From Squalus acanthias (Eukaryota), in NCBI GenBank assembly GCA_030390025.1, contig CM059433.1, forward strand, positions 19,470,001 through 19,534,000: a stretch of DNA of 64,000 nt, read 5' to 3'. The notes beneath the pieces were generated by a model. The model was given only the letters and a program-made list of their open reading frames with translations, was not told where the DNA came from and searched no databases. Below, one piece after another: positions 14,074 to 25,449 of this stretch; the first letter of the stretch is position 1, and every line of letters begins with the position of its first letter. The translations under genes were made by a program, and so were the position numbers.

Positions 14074-14741
14074 AACACTATCCTTCGATTTCACACTCCC
14101 AGCCACCAGAGGTTGTCCTCAAGACCATCTACAGTGACCCCACTGAAAGTCAACAGCATTCCACCAGCCATACTGCAGCCACTGGAGTAGCACTGCGTGA
14201 CATCAGTAGGATAGGCAAAGGCACACACAAGATGGTCACTAAGAGAATACACAAGGGTGATTAGTTGATTTCTTGATGTCATATTGGATGGATAGATGCG
14301 TAAAGTTGGATTGGAAAGTTTGCTTTGAGGTGGCTTTTATTTCAGCATTGTGGCCAAGAGGACGCTGTGATGGTCAGTAACAGAGGGAAGGTAAGGTGTG
14401 TGTCCCTTTAAGAAGCGCCATCAGCGCATCTGCAGGGCTGCTTCACACTTGCTTTTCTGTGCGTGCTTCAGACCCAGCATAATGGTGAGCGAAAAAGTCC
14501 AAGTTGCCAGTCGTGGTGTCAAGTCAGGCGTTGCACCCCGATTGAGGTCACGATCTGCTAATTTACATTTCAGAGGCCAGCGCTGTCAACGGCATCACTA
14601 TGGCCCTTACCAAAATGACGTCTGCCATGTCCCGCGCCGGAAGCAGGCGGAAGCAATTTTTTCAAGAAAATCTGTGTTAACGGCCAGTGTTAAGGTCGGC
14701 AATTTCTAAGCCCTTGTTTCCTCACATTGGTTAAAAACAGT

Positions 14742-15236
14742 GGGGTGGATTTTCACTTGGGAAAATCGGTGTTAATGGGGCGATAAGGGCCTAAAAATGG
14801 GGTCGGTAGCCTTGCTGGCTGGATTGCAATTTTAGCCCATGTGTACAGGAAACGGACAGAAAAATGTTAAAAAAAACTATTTTTTTTTGTGGAGCCGGAA
14901 GGAGCAGGAGTGCTGCTTCTGGCTCTACAGAAATACTGCGGGACCTGGCCGTGCACTGCGCCCCCCCCCCCCACCCCCCCGCCACCCCCAGCAACCACCG
15001 GCATCACATCCCCCACCTTCAGCACACCTACCTACGGGCCTCTGCCACCGTGCCCCAGCAATCCTACTCAGACATCCCTGAGGCCGAAGAGCGGTGAGCT
15101 GCATCGGGACGCCTGTTTGACTTCCGTGGCTCACCTGCCAAATTCAAATGATACAGGGACCTCAGAATCGTGGCCACCTCTTCGTCGCCAGAACGTGTGC
15201 TTCGCCAAACAGCATTCAAAAGCCAAAATCGACCCC
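14742..15236. mobile_element. Harbinger-type MITE
   Basis: TIRs GGGGTGGATTTT / revcomp GGGGTCGATTTT; exact TSD AGT. Confidence 0.8.
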
Positions 15237-15386
15237 AGTAAGTGATGAACCAGCTAACACCCCTCGTTCTCTTTCAGCTTTCTGTCCTGTCCCGCACATG
15301 GAGTGGACTGCCTTCTAGTTTCACATCTGTTCATATTGAACTACATTTGGCATATGTATTGAACTACAGTTCAGATTGAACTACCC

Positions 15387-15513
15387 TCTGATGAAGGGTC
15401 ATCGACCTGAAACGTTAACTCTGTTTCTCTCTCCACGGATGCTGCCTGGCCTGCTGAGTTTTTCCAGCGTTTTCTGTTGTTATTTCGGATTTCCAGCATC
15501 CGCAGTATTTTGC
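15387..15513 (+). mobile_element. Penelope-like element terminal fragment with hammerhead core
   Basis: CTGATGA-A-GGGTC-ATC-GACCT-GAAACGTT followed by sequence homologous, in inverted orientation, to the end of the Penelope at about 39380-39460. Confidence 0.65.
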
Positions 15514-17480
15514 TATCATACATTTGGCACTGATCAGCCCAAATGCAAACCCTGTCAAACTCTCTTTGTCGAACCTTTGCTGCTTGCTCTGAGTCTACAG
15601 TACTCTCCCTCACGTGCCTCCGACTTGGTGGGGGGAATTTTATCCCACCCCGCCTGGAGTGGTCAGCCTTACCGCCCTCATTCCAGCTGTAATCTCGCTG
15701 GCCACCATTTGAACTGCTCACTGCAGTAAGGTGGCTGTGGTGCCCGCTGGAAACAGGCAGGACATAGGAGCCTCGTGGATCTATGCAAATCGGGGTCACA
15801 TGACTTCAATGGGCTCTTGATTGCTTTTTTTACCTGAGCATGAGAGGGGAAGCCACCGTGGTTTTGCCTTCAGGTGAAGCAGGTCAGCAGATCTCGGGAG
15901 GATGAAGAAGCCCTCCAAGGTAAGTGGGATACTTTCCTTATTGTGCTCTTCCAGGCCCCAGCAAGGAACATCGTAGCCTTCCCTGGCCTGGACTCTCTCT
16001 CCCTTCCCTCTAATGAGACCCTTCCATAACTCCCACCCCACCACTTACTTGCTTGCCAGCGAGCCTTCCTTTGGTACTGGCCAGTGGCCTGAGGCCATGA
16101 AAACGTCCCCTCCTGACCGGCCAGTTGGCTGTCACTTTCCGCCCATTTTGGGCGGGCAACTGACCAGTGACATGTCAATGACTTTAAATATCTGGGCTTC
16201 AAACGTACGCCTGCCAGTACGTTTCACCTCGCCATCTGCCCACTCAAAACCCGCTGGGAATAAAATGTTTTGTGAATTTAGCTATCTTGTATTTAGATTG
16301 CAATTCCAGGTTATTTTAACATACCAGGAACAGGAGGGATCTTAACTCAATACCTCCCCCCATTTTGTGACCTAGCTATTATAACTATTCTCTGCTTTCT
16401 TCTCTTCAGCCAGTTGCTAATCCACACCCAACACTTAACCTTGATACCCAGCGACCTTAAAATGTAAAAGGAGCTTCTCATGATATTTTATCAAAGTTTT
16501 TTGAATCTATGGCCTATGTCTTCCACTCTAATCCCCCCGCCTCACTCCCTCACTCCCCTCCACCATTATATTGCGACATCAATTCCGCAAAAGGTTTTTG
16601 CGATTGATCAGGCCAAATCTATCCTGTCTGAAACCTTGCTGGCTCCCATTTATTCAGATTTTTTTCATACAGGTGCGCTTTCATTTTAATTCTGATGACT
16701 GATTATTTGCATTTCCCTCTCTTTTTTTCTCCTGGCTATCTTACACTACAAAACCTCTCTAATGAGCTGCTATGGTTAGTGGCTGCAGAAAGTGATACCA
16801 CTATTCCTACTGTAAGTGACTGAAATTGATTTTACGCACATAATTTGTATTATGTAACTATCCTCCACTCTCTGCATTTTGCTGGAGAAATAACCCTGCT
16901 TTTATCAGGAGACTTTGCTGTAGGTTCGGTCATGAGTTCTGTTTGCTGTAGTTTATAGAGACTCTTTTTAAATAGATTCTGTTCGCTGGAAAATAGACTG
17001 TTTGCTGGAAGTCCCGCCCCGCTGGCAACTCATTGGCTGCACAGTGGTGTCACTGCTCACTTCGATGGTTAATACCCTATTACCACTGTGCAGCCAAGCA
17101 GCATTGACCCAGCGCTAATGGTCACACACTGATTCTCTCTTTGTTGTCTCTCTCTCTCTCTCTCTCTTGGCTTTCTCACTGTTCCAGCTCATGCTGGCAC
17201 ACGATTGATTTTATCTATAAATATGTTGTGCAGAGTTGAACCAACCTATGTGCAGCTAATTACTTTCCCATTTGGCAAAGTGCAATGCTTCAGAACTACA
17301 GGACTTGTTTTTAGTTTGCATTGTGGGAATGAGAACTGTTACTGCCACAATCCTGGGCCACCCAGTATTTTAGGCCTGGGAAATATGTCCCAGTTGTCCC
17401 AGCCAATATCTGCCCTGTACCTTAAGTTAACATGTAAGTTAGCTGTTTGGAGTTATTCCTATGCCCTCAATAAACATTAT

Positions 17481-20400
17481 GGGCTTGATTTTGCCAGTGT
17501 GAGCGGGCCGGGGTGTGTCAGGTGGCATTCGTGTCAGGACCCCGACTCCGAAGTGAAATGGGGAAAAAGTGCGATTTTCCCCTAATTGGGCAATTGATTT
17601 CCTGCGTGTGGGAACCCCTGGCCCAATGAGTCTTTCCATACAGAAAATCGCCTCCGATGACGTCATCAATGCTGCTGGATTTAAGGCCTGCAAGCAGCCT
17701 TGCTTCTTCTGGAGACTGCAAACTTTATGGTGATTGTAGTAAGGACTTCATTGATCAACTATGTCCAGCAGCAGGCAAAAGTGTGCTCCACGCTTCGATG
17801 AGCCCTCCCTCCAAGCTCTGGTGGAGAGAGCAAGATCGAATAAGGAGGGGCTCTTCCCTTCCTCAGGGAGAACAAAGCCACCCCAGCAGACTAAAGCTCT
17901 GTGGCTGCAAGTGGCCCAGGAGGTCAACTCCATCTCAATGAGCCGCAGAACCTGACTGCAATGCAGGAAGAGGTTTCATGACCTACTCCGCACAGGAAAA
18001 GTGAGTATGACTTTCCCATCTCCCTCAATCTGATCCCCATCCCTCTCTTCACCAGCACTCTGCTTTGCTAACCTCTTCATCCTCATCCCACTTGACACTT
18101 ACATCCCTGCACCCTTACCCATTGCCTCTCTCTGGTCACATTCACTTAACTATTTGACCATGTAGCCCTCATACTCCCTATCACTGTGATGCAACAACAA
18201 CAACTTACAACACACAGGGAGGGCCCTTTGTCTCCTTCTAAGCATCTATGCTATGCATTCTCTACACTCACTCCTTCATTCTCACTCAAACTCCACTTGT
18301 GTCCCTCATTGCAGGAAAAGGGAGCCCACAATAAGAGGGAAAGAACCTTGACAGGAGGAGGGCCACCCTCAGTAACCCAGCTCACCGCCTGGGAGGAGGC
18401 GGCCCTGGAAATCGCCGGGATCGAGGAGGATTCCCAAGTGGGGGACGGACAGATGGGCGCATCACAGCAAGCTGGTGACAGAATAGTTTGGCATCTCTCT
18501 CACTGACATTGCATGAGTTACTGATAATGAATCTGATGATCTAACAGAGTGACTTATGATCATCTAGACTATTCAATGTGCATGTAACCTTGACCTCACA
18601 TCTCTAACTCTTTCCTTTACTCCCCCACAGGACCATCGAAAGCCCCCATCCCCACTGTCCAGGAGGAAGAGCCTGAGCTTCCAGACTCCTTAGAGGAAGC
18701 TGCAACCTCTGAGGACGCTGCGTCAGCAGAATTCAGCGCACCCAGCACCAGCACAGACACTAACACCTCGGTGGGACCTTCGGGAGATAGAGTAGTGTTG
18801 TCACCTGGTGTATCACAGATCACAAGTGAGCATCAGCAGATGGTGGAGACAGGGACAGCAGTGGAGAGTCCTCGTCGGAGGGCGCAGGACTCTCCCAGCT
18901 CGGCTCAGCTGCATGTCGACCCTGTGCCTCTGGGTCCATCCAGAAGGAGAGCGGTGCTGGAACTCCAGGAACAGGTGCAGGAGTCTCTGGCAGGTTTTGT
19001 CTCCAGGGTCGCTGCGAGTGGAGCAAATGGAGGAGTCCATCGCGAACATGAGCAGAGCCTTTGTGGAGGCATTGGCGCATGAATGCATCACCGTGGAAAG
19101 GATGGCAACCTCTGTGGAAAGGATGGCTAACTCCATGGTAAGGCTGGCTACCATAGAGGAGAGGATGGCTACGGTAGAGGAGAGGATGGCTAAGACAATG
19201 GAGAAGCTTAGTTGCCAGGGTCTTGAAAACATGGTCATTGTTCAGAATAGAATGACATCTCTTGAGGAGCAATAGTCAGCTATTGAGCATAGAAACCAGA
19301 CCTTCATGGAAGTCCTCTGGAGTAGGACTTCCAGTGCAGAAATGGGTCCTCATGGCCCCCCTTAAGTGCCGCAAGGTGCTGTCAAGTCACTTGCTAGCTC
19401 TGAAATGGGGCTGACCCATGAGAGGGATGTTGGTGGCAGATAACAAGGAAGCGGGGGCTCCTCTCCAAGCACTCACACGACCATGCCACTGCAAAGCCAT
19501 CGGTCAGAGCCCCACCAGAGTCCTCACCCAACTGAGATGGGCGTCTCAGCCCCTGCACAGCCGCAGGAGCAGCAGACTGTTGCCGAGCCCTTACAGGTTC
19601 GCAACCCCAGAGGACGCCTGCCAAAGGCGTCGAGACAGGAGCAGCAAGAAAGTGAGCAAGGGGCCTCCACATCTGCTGAAGCCACAGGGGAAGCACCACG
19701 TAGGAGCATGCGTAAGAGGAAGATAATGCACAAGTAGTCACAAGGGTAGTCACTTGGGTGCAGTGATGTATTGTATTTGGACCAGCCATCCTTGTCATGG
19801 TATCATAAACAAATTTGATGGCAAACTGTTGAAGTTGTGGCCTGTGTCATTTCGCAAATGGGACTTTCACATTGAGGGCTTAGGGTGACTTGCAATTGTC
19901 AGTATGGTGGTCAGAGTGGTAGGAATCCGCATGTTCTTGTCCATTGTCGATGCTCTGATTAGAAACTGCGAGACAAAAGTGTTTGATTGTGCAGGCTAAG
20001 CAAACCTGGCCAAAATGAGCGCGTCCCTTGCATCCCAGGCAGCAATGTGGTCACGCTCTGGCGCCTTCTGGCCTGTGCAGCTTCAGGTGGATGAGCAGCA
20101 GGTTGGCGCTCCTGTTGTTGCTCCTACTGTTGGTGCTGCTGTTGTTCAGGGTTCTGCTGCTGCCGCGGCTGGTCTTCGTCCAAATCTGATATCCAGGAGA
20201 AAAGGAAATAAATGGTTCCCATGCTTCTGCTATATACCTCAGTTGAGGAAGCACTCAGTCAAGGTGGGGAGAGGGGTTTCCCAGGAGGTCACACTGGAGA
20301 TGGGTCTCAGGCTCCAAACTTCCACAAAATGAGTAGGCCTGCTAAAAGTTCCCCCAGACCTGAGACAACAAAGTTCTGCCACCTGCAAATGATGATTGCT

Positions 20401-20751
20401 GAAAACTCCTTTTTAATGGTGGAGCTGCAGCTGTTAGTAAGCAGTCCACTTGTGAGGCCGCCAGGAATACCTGGCGTGTTCCAGAGGAGGCGTGTAGGAT
20501 GGGGGAAATGTCTAAAAATCAGAAAGGCCTCTCAAAATTGGATTATAGAGGCAATTAAGCGGTTGTTAAGGGCCTTAAGGGCCTATCCTGCCTCTTGGAG
20601 GCGGGATAGAAACGGGGTCTGAAACCCTGATTCTGGGAAAATTGCTCGTAGGCGGGATGGAGGCGGGATTGGGCCCGCACGCCATTTTTTGCGATTTTAA
20701 CACCTCACATGCCTCCAATCCCGCCTCCTCGGGCCTGGCAAAATCGGGCCC
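17481..20751 (+). mobile_element. Harbinger element (3.27 kb) with a near-complete Myb/SANT gene and an internally deleted transposase
   Basis: TIRs GGGCTTGATTTTGCCAG / revcomp GGGCCCGATTTTGCCAG; exact TSD TAT; minus-strand transposase C-terminus AWDARDALILARFA* near 19996-20040. Confidence 0.9.
17761..19737 (+). pseudogene. Three-exon Myb/SANT (NAIF1/MSANTD-like) Harbinger accessory gene
   Basis: Exon 1 17761-18000 (PRFDEPSLQALVE...LWLQVAQEVN...RRT*LQCRKRFHDL, donor GTGAGT); exon 2 18315-18474 (EKGAHNKRERTLTGGGP); exon 3 from 18631. Splice phases 0 and 1 keep the frame. Disrupted by TGA at 17953 and by frameshift/stop near 19000-19275. Confidence 0.85.
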
Positions 20752-21099
20752 TATTACTTGCATTTGGCTTCCGAAACACCAGGGGGGCTAAATTGGATAG
20801 CCCCCGAAAACGGGCGCGGGGATCACGATGCATGATTAACCTGCGCCATTGATGGCGATGCAGGCAGCACAGCAACATCGTGCTCATTTAAATGATTTCA
20901 GCGTCCAGCCTATACTGCCCACACTGTTCATTGGCTGGACGCACCAGCAGGGGCCAATATCGTGAGAGGCTAGCACCAGTTAAACCTCGCCGGCACTGCT
21001 TGAAGCTAACCCGCACCTCTTAAAGGGGAGGTGCATCGTGGCTGGAGCAGGTGCTGGGAGTCATGGTTGAAGAGATTCTGACCTGGGAAAGAGTGAGGA

Positions 21100-22205
21100 A
21101 TGGGGAGAGAGCGGGCTCCAAGGTTTTCAGACGCTGCACTGGAGGCCTTGGTGGAGGAGGTGGAAAGGAGGAGAGATGTCCTGTATCTGCAGGGGGAAGG
21201 AGGCCCTCCAGGCAAACGGTCAAAAGGCAATGGGAGGTCAATGCTAGGAGTCAAGCTCTGAGGACCTGGGTGCAGTGCGGCAAGATCAGTGAAGGCATCT
21301 TCAAATGCCATATTCCACCAACTGCGCCAGTAGCCTCAGCCACTACTCAATCCACCACACCCCCATCACTCACCTACCGACAATCTCTATCAATCAGGCC
21401 TGATACCTAACACTCATATGCTTCACCTCACCCTCACACACTTAGCACTGCTGCAAGCCTCACACCCACATCACACAGCTTGCACACACTGCCAGCTATT
21501 CAACCATGACAGCCACATCAGCCAAACAGATAGCATGACATTCATTGACTCACTTCCCTCTCTCTTGTAGGACAAGGTGGCGCACAACCGGAGGCAGCAG
21601 GAGCTAATCGAAGGGGGACAGGCACGCCTGCATGTCATAACCCCCCTTGGAGGAGACAGTGCTGGCCATTATTGGTGTGGTCATTGCTGAGCCCATGGTC
21701 AGCGGCAGGGCTGAATCAATTGAAGATAACTGTATCCTCCTACCTAATCCTCCTTTTCACATCCCACTTCCTCCTCACCGCACAGTCTTTTCTGCCTTAC
21801 AAGCTGCAGATGGTGTAAGCATGCACCTCTTACTTTCCCTCCCACCCCTCATCGCAACCTTACCCTTGTGCCTTTCTCCTTTCAGATCCCTAAGAAGTGC
21901 AACCTGGCCAGGCAGTGGAGAGATAGCAAGAAGAGTGATGATGAAGATGCACCGTCACTCGATTTCACACTCGCAGCCACCAGCTCAGATACTGACACGG
22001 CAGGTAATTTAGAGAGTAGCATAAAGGCGGGATCTGCACATGGTGAGACACTGGGCATGAGTGGCCTGCAGCCAGGGCGGGGCAAGAATAGCACAGGTGC
22101 CAGCTCTGCCATAGAGCGAGGTCGCACATGAGTTCTGCTGCAGAGGACTCAGATGAGGACTTTGATGGAGCAGGCTGCAGAAGAAGGCTGATGGGTATGC
22201 ACAAT
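21100..22205 (+). pseudogene. Harbinger Myb/SANT-like gene, frameshifted and 3'-truncated
   Basis: MGRERAPRFSDAALEALVEEVERRRDVLY; acceptors TCTCTTGTAG|GAC (21571) and CCTTTCAG|ATC (21886); collinear with the copies at 17761 and 26990. Confidence 0.75.
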
Positions 22206-22289
22206 GGGGTTGTGGTTGCTGGTTTCACACTCGGATGAGTTCTTCATGGACAGCCTGGGCAGAAGGGGCTGTCAAGGTTGCTTCCTCCC

Positions 22290-23355
22290 TTCCTTTACCT
22301 ACTCCTCCTCCTCCTCAGCTGCTCGCCGTATAGCTGGTGGCAAGGGCTGTGCCCTCATGATGGCGAGGTTGTGCAGCCTGCAGCAGACCACCACGAATCT
22401 CGACACCCGCTCTGTCAAGTACTGCAGGGCTCCACCAGAGTGGTCCAGGCAATGGAAGCATTGTTTCAGCATGCCAATGATCTGCTCTATCACATTTCTT
22501 GTGGTAGCATGGCTTACATTGTATGCATGCTGCGCACGTGCGTGTGGATTGCGCACAGGAGTCATGAGCCATGTCGTCAGTGGATAGCCTTTGGTGCCCA
22601 GTAGCCACCCTCTGGTGTGCCATGGTGTCTGAAATGCAGATGGCACAGCGGATTGCCGCAGAATGAAGGCATCATGACTGCTGCCAGGATACCGGGCATT
22701 GACCTGCATGATGGGCTGCCTATGGCCACACACCAGCTGGACGTTGAGGGAGTGGAATCCCTTTCAGTTCTGGTATAGGGCAGAGTTGATATGCAGCGGC
22801 CGCAAAGTGATGTGCGTGCAGTCAATGGCACCCTGCACCCTGGGGAAGCCTGCAATCCAAGCAAAGCCGTGTGCTCGCTCCGCCTGCTGCTCTCTGGCCA
22901 GCGAGAATGAAATGTAGTCAGCTGTCTTGGAATAGAGCCTCAGTGACCTCCCTTACGCAACAGTGGCAAACTGCGAGATGTTGCAAATATTTCCAGCTCC
23001 AGCCTGAAAGGAGCCCGACGCATAAAAGTTCATCATCACGGTCACCTTCACAGCCACTGGCAATGCGATCCTTGTCGTGCTCTGAGGTTGCCGTTCTGGC
23101 TGCAGCAGGTGGCAGATTTCAGTGAGGATGTCATTACTGAAGCGCAGACGTCTCACACATTGTTCCTTGCTGAGGCTCAGGTAGGAGAATTGCTCCCTGA
23201 ACACCCTGGGTGGATATGGCCTCCTGCTGAGAGCCCTTCTCTCCCCCACCCCCACCCCCCGCACCCCTCCTCCTCCTCCCTCTTCTGGCAGCTTGGCCTC
23301 TGTTCATTCTCCAAGTCAGCTGTATTCCAAGGGGAATGCCTACTAGTGCACCCAT
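22290..23355 (-). pseudogene. HARBI1-like (PIF/Harbinger DDE) transposase, disrupted
   Basis: [71 protein letters not shown] (GDKGYP mutated), [12 protein letters not shown] and CCRLHN motifs, with frameshifts and stops. Confidence 0.92.
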
Positions 23356-24857
23356 GTCTCGCAGCAAGTGTTTTGTGCGGAAGCCTTGAAGGCAGGAAAA
23401 AGTCCTTCAGCACCTGCCACACCACTCCCTGTAGATGTTTGCAACTTGAAACAACTATAGAAAGCACCAAACACTTGTAGAATTTTAACAACAGCCAGAA
23501 GAAATCAACCAGCAACTAACCTGGAAGTAGGTGATGATCCCTTTAAATATCGCTGGTCGGGGGTGGGGTGTGGGTGGGGGGGGGGATCCTTCCTGCTGCT
23601 GAAAGCATGGTCAGCTGTGCGAGCTTAAGAGAGGGCGTTAGCTGGAGCGTTGAGCTCCAAAATGGCACCATTGGTGTCAAATCAGCGCTGCACGCTGATT
23701 GACATCATGGTCTGCTTGCTCGACATATTTCTGGTGGATGCTCACTGCCCTCACCAATATGGCGTCTGGCACGATTCGCTCCACAAGTGTGCATGCTTAT
23801 GCCGCAGATGCCATTTTGGAGCTCTAAGGGCACTCGTTACGCCCAAAATACGGCCACTAACGTTCCCAATTTCACGCCCATACACTCTCTGTTGCATCTG
23901 TCCTTAAGCTTGGCTATAAAATCAAATTGTGAATTGTTTATATTTTAGCACTACTGTGTGATTATCCCAAGTGTGTATGGAGGATAAACAAAAAAAGAAG
24001 AAATCTAGATTGGTCCAGATTTTGCGGTAAAAATAGCAGTGAGGCTATCAGTGCTCAATGGAGAGTTGACTTCAATGCAGAATAAAATTGGGCGGGGTGT
24101 AAAACTAACATTGCACCTGATGCCGTCAGTTTCCCAATGGTTGGGTTAGGTTAAAAATGCCCTCAAAGTTTCCATAAACTGGCACTGAAAATCGGAATTG
24201 TGGCCAGGAAGGGACACCAACCTGGTTTGGATTGGAGGCAGCCACAGAATTGTTCTTGTTAGCCTAGCTCTATCAGATCAGTAACAATTCACTGTAACTG
24301 TCTGATGCTTGGAATGAAGCCATACAGCGTGGTCATGGATGACCAAGGCTACAGACCCCTGCTGTCTAAGCATAATTGCTGCTGCTGAATAGGTTAATTC
24401 AAAGTCAACTACAATCTTAAGCTATCGTGTGGAACTTAGTGGACCAGTAGATTTACACTCCAGAAGGATATTTATTTCAGATGCAGTTGGTACAATGTCT
24501 ATCCATTAACTGGCCATCAAAGGGGATGGTGGTTGCGTTCCTGGGGGAGTATCCTAAAGTGAAAAGTGCTTTGTGGGTTGTGGATTCAATTGGAATATTT
24601 ACAACATTTTAGTTAAAAGAATACAATTGTTTCCATCAATGATAATCAAACAGAAACTCAAAATATAAAAGTGCCTTTCTCTGTCCAGCAAAAAAGACCA
24701 GTAGCTTTGCAGAAAACTGCTGCCAAATTGTAAATAGCAGAGCAGAGATTCAGATAAGATTTTATGCCAACTCCCCATTCACCCCTGCCACTTCTGGCAT
24801 ATAATATATCTGCCCAAAAATGGGTAGGCACATTATAATTATCACTATTATGAAGAA

Positions 24858-25079
24858 GGCGTCCTGGCCAATATTTATTCCTCACCCAACATTGCTAAAA
24901 CAGATTAGTTGGTCATTATCACATTGCTGTTTGTGGGACCTTGCTGTGTGCAATTTGGCTGTCGCGTTTCCCACACCATAACAGTGACTACACTTCCAAA
25001 GTATCTCATTGGCTGTAAAGCACTTTGGGACGTCCTGAGGTCATGAAAGGTGCTATGTAAATGCAAGACTTTCTTTCTT
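24858..25079 (+). mobile_element. SacSINE1/DeuSINE-like SINE, 3' half
   Basis: GTCCTGGCCAATATTTAT...CACATTGCTGTTTGTGGGA...GGACGTCCTGAGGTCATGAAAGGTGCTATGTAAATGCAAG then a TTTC tail; family recognised from memory. Confidence 0.75.
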
Positions 25080-25449
25080 AGATGTAAATAATGGGAATAC
25101 ATCATACTCAGCAGCACTGGATACCAGGAATGCTGGTGTGCCCCTGACATCCAGCAGTGTAAAAATTGGATTGCCAGGAAGGCTCTGTAATTGATCACAG
25201 GGTGATTGACTACGTAGGCGATTGCGCTTTTTGAAAAGAAAACTTTCAGGTGGCACCCAGCCTCGAGACTGCCAGCCATACCATGTACCCAAGGGCTGCT
25301 GCAGCCATTCTCCAGCCACACCTAGGTGGGCCCCCGAGCAGAGTGCAGGGGCCATATAAAAATGATGCAATGTAGCCTGACTCCAGAAGAGTGGCCAGGG
25401 CCAGAGGTGTACCATTGTGATGGGCGGAACTCCCATCACAACCAACTTA

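Larger units (their letters stand above)
7199..14712 (+). mobile_element. Harbinger deletion derivative (Myb-like gene remnant) interrupted by a Gypsy element
   Basis: TIRs GGCCTAGAAATT / revcomp GGCTTAGAAATT (11/12); exact TSD CTT at 7196-7198 and 14713-14715; sequence on both sides of the Gypsy is collinear with the uninterrupted Harbinger copy near 21700-21990. Confidence 0.8.
20783..23879. mobile_element. Near-complete two-gene Harbinger element (convergent Myb-like gene and transposase)
   Basis: TIR-like ends GGGGGCTAAATTGG / revcomp GGGCGTGAAATTGG; TSD not cleanly resolved; Myb exons start at 21100, 21571 and 21886 (+); transposase on minus strand. Confidence 0.85.

Noticed and set aside
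13873..14190. Arg/Glu/Ser/Phe-rich ORFs
   Set aside because: Translations of the GAA microsatellite.
22290..23355. Host HARBI1 gene
   Set aside because: It lies inside TIR-like ends, is frameshifted, has a mutated conserved Asp, and has paralogous remnants in the window, so it is a transposon copy.
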